Assembly: GCA_965214605.1 (NCBI GenBank)
Contig: OZ243961.1
Coordinates: 2,304,001 to 2,368,000 of the forward strand
DNA: 64,000 bases
Direction: 5' to 3'
From: an uncultured Candidatus Binatia bacterium
Lineage (GTDB): Bacteria > Desulfobacterota > Binatia > Bin18
In this document: positions 59,091-64,000 of the stretch, piece by piece
How the letters are laid out: each line of letters begins with the position of its first letter
Position numbering within the stretch: position 1 is the stretch's first letter
The notes under the pieces: model-generated
What the model was told of the DNA's origin: nothing
Seen by the model: only the letters and a program-made list of their open reading frames with translations
Database searches by the model: none
Made by a program: the position numbers and the translations under genes

Positions 59091-59113
59091 TGTTCTTCCT
59101 CCTTCGCTTTAGG

Positions 59114-60298
59114 TCATCCTTTTGGTAGTCCCAAGACCCGATCGCCCAAGATGCCGCGCTGAATCTCCGAGGTGCCTCCGGCTATGGTCAGTAAACGATA
59201 GGCTAGGGCGGCCTTGGGCCAGCGTCCGTTTCTGAGTGTATGGGCCGAGCCCTGAACCAGTTGGGCGTAGGGGCCGAGCAGTTCGGTGGCAAACATGGCC
59301 AGCCGCATATTCAGCTCAGAGCCGGCCAGTTTGTTGACCGAGCCTTCGGGACCGGGTGGATTGCCCTGGATACGTTTGCTGAGGCTGCGGAACATGTTGT
59401 AGGTGAGGGCCTTGCACTCGATCGAGAACTGGGCCAGTTGCTGACGAACGGCCGGGTCTTGGGTGGCGGGTTTCCCGTTGAGGTCAAGCTCTTTGGCCAG
59501 GCTGATGAGTTCATCCAGATGGCGGTGAACCGGCAGCTCGTTGCCGATCCCGGCCCGCTCGTGCATGAGGGTGGTAACCAGGACCTTCCAGCCCTCGTCT
59601 TGGGGACCGATTAAATTTGTGCGAGGCACGTGGACGTCTTCAAAAAAGACCTCGTTGAACTCGGCATCTCCGGTCATCTGCACCAACGGCCGCAGCGTCA
59701 GCCCAGGCGTCTTCATATCGACCATCAGACAGCTGATGCCTTTGTGTTTGGGAGCATCCGGGCTGGTGCGCACAAACAGCTGGATATAGTCGGCGCGGTG
59801 GGCAAAGCTGGTCCACACTTTCTGGCCATTCACCACAAAATAGTCGCCCTGTTCGACCGCCCGGGTTTGCATTGAGGCCAGGTCAGAGCCGGCGTTGGGC
59901 TCCGACAGACCCTCACACCAGATTTCCTCCCCGGACAGAATTTTGGGGAGGTGGTCTTTTTTTTGCTCGTCCGTCCCCCAGTGAATCAGCGTTGGACCGG
60001 CCATCATGAGACCCAGCGTATTGGCAAAACGCGGCGCGCGAGCCTTGGCCACCTCCTGATTATAGATGAACATCTCCATCAGGCTGGCCCCTCGGCCTCC
60101 GTACTCTTTGGGCCAATGAATACCGACCCAGCCCCCCTCAGAGGCGGTCTTTTGCCAGGCGCGCTGATACTCAAAGCGGGCATCGGTGTCAATCTCGTCA
60201 AAGTGCTGCGGATCATAGCCTTCCGGCAAATTGGCTTGCAGCCAGGCCTGCACTTCCTGACGAAAGGCTTCCTCTTCTGGGGTAAAATTAAAATCCAT
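59114..60298 (-). CDS. Acyl-CoA dehydrogenase family protein
   Basis: WPKEYGG, SEPNAGSDLAS, NGQKVWTS, FNEVFF and GGTSEIQR motifs. Confidence 0.95.
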   Translation of the reverse strand: MDFNFTPEEEAFRQEVQAWLQANLPEGYDPQHFDEIDTDARFEYQRAWQKTASEGGWVGIHWPKEYGGRGASLMEMFIYNQEVAKARAPRFANTLGLMMAGPTLIHWGTDEQKKDHLPKILSGEEIWCEGLSEPNAGSDLASMQTRAVEQGDYFVVNGQKVWTSFAHRADYIQLFVRTSPDAPKHKGISCLMVDMKTPGLTLRPLVQMTGDAEFNEVFFEDVHVPRTNLIGPQDEGWKVLVTTLMHERAGIGNELPVHRHLDELISLAKELDLNGKPATQDPAVRQQLAQFSIECKALTYNMFRSLSKRIQGNPPGPEGSVNKLAGSELNMRLAMFATELLGPYAQLVQGSAHTLRNGRWPKAALAYRLLTIAGGTSEIQRGILGDRVLGLPKG

Positions 60299-60427
60299 GT
60301 GTCAGTCCCTCCGCGCCAGCTAGCTTAACCGCTTCGCCAGCCAGGGTAAAGGGTCGCAGCAGGGCTTGCGATTTCGGCTGCGGCGCGCCATAAGGGCGTC
60401 TAGAGCCAACAGAGGTGGGAGCGTCGT

Positions 60428-61453
60428 ATGGCAATGAACGGCAAACGCTATTGGGGTATTCTTCCGCTACAAACGGCGGCGCGGATTCTTGATGCGGCCA
60501 AGAGCGCCGAAGAGATGGGGCTGGACGGGCTGTGGGGTATTCAGCTACCCGGTCCGCCCTTTCTTCCCCTGGCAACCGCGGCGGGCGGAACCCACAGGCT
60601 GAAACTTGGCACTGGGGTGACGCTCGCTTTTACCCGGAGTCCATTTGAGACGGCGCTGTCCGCCCTGGATCTCGACCTGATTAGTGGCGGGCGGACAGTC
60701 TTGGGTATCGGTCCCAGCGTGCGCCGCTTTAACCAGAACTGGCACGGCGTGCCGTACGATCCTCCGTTGCCGCGTCTGCGCGAGGTGATTACCCTCATCC
60801 GTCTTGTCATCGAACAGGGACATCTGGGCACGCTTGGCAGGTGGCAGGGCCAGTACTACACGGTTGATTTCGGTGACCTGAACATCCTGCGCCCCCCGGT
60901 GCGCCCCAGTATCCCAATCTACCTGTCGGCCCTGTTTACCGGCGCGGTCCGGCTGGCCGGAGAACTTGGTGATGGGCTGGCTGGCCACCCGATCTGGTCG
61001 CCGGCTTGGATTCGAGACCAGGTGGAGCCGCATCTTGAGCAAGGGCTCAAAAAAGCCCAGAAAGACCGCCGCGATTTTGACCTCAATATCTGGGTCTATG
61101 TGGCGGTTCACCCCGATCGGCGTCAGGCCATTGCCGACGCGCGGGGAACGGTCGCCTTCTATTCGTCCATCGCCCAGTACGAGAAATACTTTACCGCCCA
61201 CGGGTTTGGCGAGGCGGCGCGCCGGGCTGCCCAGGCCGCTCAGGAGCAGGACCCTAAGGCCATGATTACCGCTATCCCAGACGATATGGTCGAGACCTTT
61301 GCGGTGGTTGGAACGGCCGACGAGGTACGCGCTCAGATCAACGCGCGTTGGGAAATGGCCGATTCCCTAACCCTGATGGAGCCCTCGTTTTTCTTACGGG
61401 CCGAACAGGTCGACGCCTATCGTCAGGCTCTTGTCGAGACTCTGTACCGCTGA
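60428..61453 (+). CDS. LLM class (possibly F420-dependent) oxidoreductase
   Basis: LGTGVTLAFTRSP, SGGRTVLGIG, IPIYL and AGELGDG..GHP motifs. Confidence 0.88.
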   Translation: MAMNGKRYWGILPLQTAARILDAAKSAEEMGLDGLWGIQLPGPPFLPLATAAGGTHRLKLGTGVTLAFTRSPFETALSALDLDLISGGRTVLGIGPSVRRFNQNWHGVPYDPPLPRLREVITLIRLVIEQGHLGTLGRWQGQYYTVDFGDLNILRPPVRPSIPIYLSALFTGAVRLAGELGDGLAGHPIWSPAWIRDQVEPHLEQGLKKAQKDRRDFDLNIWVYVAVHPDRRQAIADARGTVAFYSSIAQYEKYFTAHGFGEAARRAAQAAQEQDPKAMITAIPDDMVETFAVVGTADEVRAQINARWEMADSLTLMEPSFFLRAEQVDAYRQALVETLYR

Positions 61454-61550
61454 GCCCTGGACTCCGCCCTGCTGGCATTGCTGTGGATACGATCCTCTGT
61501 TCATCGGGAAAGCGTCGGTTGCGGCGCAGCATCGGCTCTCGTCGCGCCTC

Positions 61551-61787
61551 TTATTTGTCCCGATACAGTTTGTCCAACTGGGCCAAGAGGTCTGCCCGGC
61601 TGCCAGCAGGAGCTTCTTCCTCGACGGCTGGGGGACGTGATCTGGGCTCGGTCGAGCGAGATTTATCCCGAAGTCGGCCTAGCTGGCTCTGGAGCTGGGC
61701 AATGACCCGCTCCTTGTCGGCCAGCTCTTGACGCAGCTGTCGGACTAGGGCCTCAAGCTCAGCCTGGCGGGGGAGGATGGTCGCCAT
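61551..61787 (-). CDS. Small coiled-coil hypothetical protein
   Basis: Heptad-rich 78-aa ORF with ATG start in an otherwise unassigned gap. Confidence 0.55.
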   Translation of the reverse strand: MATILPRQAELEALVRQLRQELADKERVIAQLQSQLGRLRDKSRSTEPRSRPPAVEEEAPAGSRADLLAQLDKLYRDK

Positions 61788-61870
61788 AGCCTTGTCTCAT
61801 CACACGCCGCGCTCGTTTGCAATAGCCGAGGCTTTGACAAGCCAGCGCCCGATTGCTAGTCGGTACGAGT

Positions 61871-62929
61871 ATGAAGACAACCTTCCCGGACGGGCTGAGG
61901 GCGGCGGTCGAGCGAACCTGGGAAGCTGAGATTGTGGCGGTTGAGCCCTTGGTCGGTGACGCCTCAAGCCGCAGCTACTTACGCCTGCGCTTGCGCGGCG
62001 GTGGACCGCAGAGTGTGGTGGTGATGGTGTTAGCCGATAGCGCTCTCCCGCTGTCGTCAGAAGAACTGTCGGTTTTTTCTAAGCCGCTGACCGAGCTGCC
62101 GTACGTGAATGTTGATCGGTTTCTGCGGCCGCTCGGGATCCGTATTCCAGACCTGTATTACGACGGGCAAAAAGAGGGGTTTCTGCTGCTCGAAGATATT
62201 GGCAACACGCCGCTCCGCGAGGCCGTACAGGATTGTTCGGAAGCCGACACGGAAGCCCTGTACCGCCAGGCTATTGATCAATTGCTGTTACTCCAAATTC
62301 CCGGCACCCGCAAACACGACCCGGCGTGTATTGCCTTTCAGCAACGCTTTGATCGGCGGCTGTTTGTCTGGGAGTTTGAGCATTTTGTTGAGTGGGGACT
62401 CGAAAAGCGAGCCGGCAAACCGTTGCCGGAAGCAGACGCAAACGTGCTGCGTCCCTTGTTCGAAGACATTGCCGGACGTCTTGATCGTGCCCCGGCGTTT
62501 CTCAACCACCGCGACTATCACAGCTGGAATCTGTTTGTACACGATCAGGAGATTCGCGTCATTGATTTCCAAGACGCGCTCCTAGGTCCGGCAACGTACG
62601 ATCTGGCGACCTTGCTGAACGACCGGGATACGCCGTCGGTGATTCCCCCCCGCTTAGAGCACAAGCTGGTCGAATATTATTATGACGCCTGGCACCAGGC
62701 CGGTGGGGATACGCTCTCGCACGACGCTGTGTGGCAAGAGTACAACCTGTGCCTCCTCCAGAAAGCGTGCAAAGTGGTCGGCCGGTTTTATTATTTGGAG
62801 CTGGAAAAGCACAAGACCGGCTACAGTCGCTATATTCCGCCGACCTTGGCAACCATCCGTCGGACGCTTGAACGACTGCCCCAGTATCGCTCCTTGCAGG
62901 ATATTGTGGCCCAGCATTTTCCCGACTAG
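61871..62929 (+). CDS. amgK: AmgK-like anomeric MurNAc/GlcNAc kinase (APH phosphotransferase family)
   Basis: GDASSRSY.R, LLEDIG, HRDYHSWNL, IDFQDA..GP..YDL motifs; adjacent to a nucleotidyltransferase. Confidence 0.8.
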   Translation: MKTTFPDGLRAAVERTWEAEIVAVEPLVGDASSRSYLRLRLRGGGPQSVVVMVLADSALPLSSEELSVFSKPLTELPYVNVDRFLRPLGIRIPDLYYDGQKEGFLLLEDIGNTPLREAVQDCSEADTEALYRQAIDQLLLLQIPGTRKHDPACIAFQQRFDRRLFVWEFEHFVEWGLEKRAGKPLPEADANVLRPLFEDIAGRLDRAPAFLNHRDYHSWNLFVHDQEIRVIDFQDALLGPATYDLATLLNDRDTPSVIPPRLEHKLVEYYYDAWHQAGGDTLSHDAVWQEYNLCLLQKACKVVGRFYYLELEKHKTGYSRYIPPTLATIRRTLERLPQYRSLQDIVAQHFPD

Positions 62930-62931
62930 CC

Positions 62932-63666
62932 ATGCGTGCCATGATTCTGGCCGCGGGCTTAGGAACACGCCTGCGGCCGCTTACCGACACAACGCCCAAG
63001 GCCCTGATTGAGGTGGCCGGCCGACCGTTGATTGAGTACGCCTTACGCTTTGTGCGCTCACAAGGCATCCGCCGGGTTGTCATTAACCTGCATCACCTGG
63101 GCAACCAGATCCGGGCCAGGCTGGGCGACGGGGAGGCCTACGATGTCCAGATTACCTACTCTGTCGAGGAACGGCTACTGGAGACCGGGGGTGGGGTGAA
63201 GCAGGCTCAGGCATTTCTAGACGGTGGGACGTTTCTCGTCGTCAACTCGGACGCTATTCTTGACCTTGACTTGACCGCGGTTGTCCGCGCTCACCGCCGT
63301 AATCGGGCAGTGGCAACCCTGGTCCTGCGCCCCGATCCGGAGGCGGCCGACTACGGCCTGTTGGAGATTGACGCCGTGGGCCGCCTCCGACGCTTGCGCG
63401 GCAAGCCGGAGGCGGTGGACGCCGGACCGCTGTCGTCCTATATGTTCACCGGCTGTCAGATTCTTGAGCCGCGAATTTTTGACTTCATGCCAGAGGGCCA
63501 AGCCTTCAGCCTCACCCGTGACACCTATGTCTGCCTGTTGCGGGCTGGGGAGCCGGTGTACGGCTTTATTCATACCGGCCCCTGGATGGTGGTGGACGAT
63601 GCCCGGGGTGTTGACCGGGCGACGCGGTCGATTCGCTCAGGCCGGCTGCGCCTTGCGTATGTCTAG
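62932..63666 (+). CDS. murU: MurU-like nucleotidyltransferase
   Basis: AMILAAGLGTRLRPLT..TPK and LETGGG motifs; downstream of the amgK-like gene. Confidence 0.78.
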   Translation: MRAMILAAGLGTRLRPLTDTTPKALIEVAGRPLIEYALRFVRSQGIRRVVINLHHLGNQIRARLGDGEAYDVQITYSVEERLLETGGGVKQAQAFLDGGTFLVVNSDAILDLDLTAVVRAHRRNRAVATLVLRPDPEAADYGLLEIDAVGRLRRLRGKPEAVDAGPLSSYMFTGCQILEPRIFDFMPEGQAFSLTRDTYVCLLRAGEPVYGFIHTGPWMVVDDARGVDRATRSIRSGRLRLAYV

Positions 63667-64000
63667 CCGGCTCCGATGTGGGCAAAGTTCTCTAGGCAGC
63701 GCTGGGCCGCCGGTGCTTCTTGGACGGTTGATAGCAGCCACTCGCGCAGGGACGGCTGGGCCGGCTTGGCGGGGAACGCTTTGGGAGGCAGGGCTGAGGC
63801 CAGGCTATGAATCAGGTTGCGTAGTATTGCCGAGGTGAACTCAGGATGAAACTGGGTCCCCCAGATGCGCTGGCCGAGTCGAAACGCCTGGTAGGGCCAG
63901 TGACCGTTGTCGGCTAGCACGACCGCATCTGCAGGCAGGCTGGTGACCACGTCGCCGTGGCTCATCTGGACCAAAAAGGATCTCCCAACGCCTGAGAACA
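63663..64000 (-). CDS. Class I glutamine amidotransferase (C-terminal part, truncated by the window end)
   Basis: SHGD.V..LP and WGTQFHPE motifs. Confidence 0.85.
   Translation of the reverse strand, partial: FSGVGRSFLVQMSHGDVVTSLPADAVVLADNGHWPYQAFRLGQRIWGTQFHPEFTSAILRNLIHSLASALPPKAFPAKPAQPSLREWLLSTVQEAPAAQRCLENFAHIGAG

Overview
GC-rich bacterial window with four parts. (1) 1-13136: a complete type I-E CRISPR-Cas locus on the minus strand (cas3-cas8e/cse1-cse2-cas7-cas5-cas6e-cas1-cas2) and a 60-repeat array that probably continues past the left edge. Two features stand out. Cse2/Cas11 carries an N-terminal VRR-NUC-like PD-(D/E)XK nuclease domain with intact catalytic motifs, even though Cas3 also looks intact. 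Also, the cas3-cas8e intergenic region holds an antisense repeat-spacer-repeat mini-array whose first 11 spacer bases match, next to an AAT PAM, the -10/start region of a near-consensus sigma70 promoter for the Cascade operon, i.e. a crRNA-like autoregulator. (2) 13173-31000: metabolic genes (CoA transferase, MsrP, LLM oxidoreductases, SRAP, a TcuA/PrpB-like/PrpD-like operon, a TPR protein, a decayed comM). (3) ~31460-48500: a decaying defence island made of broken tyrosine integrases, two higBA-restriction-modification modules, repeated orphan 3' ends of RM genes, an intact type II RM pair, a DUF5131-TcmP pair, a PIN pair and a HEPN-like orphan. (4) 49194-64000: a secreted Asn-rich repeat protein and housekeeping or metabolic genes (fhs, amgK/murU-like and others). 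All calls come from reading motifs by eye; no database searches were run, so novelty is unverified.
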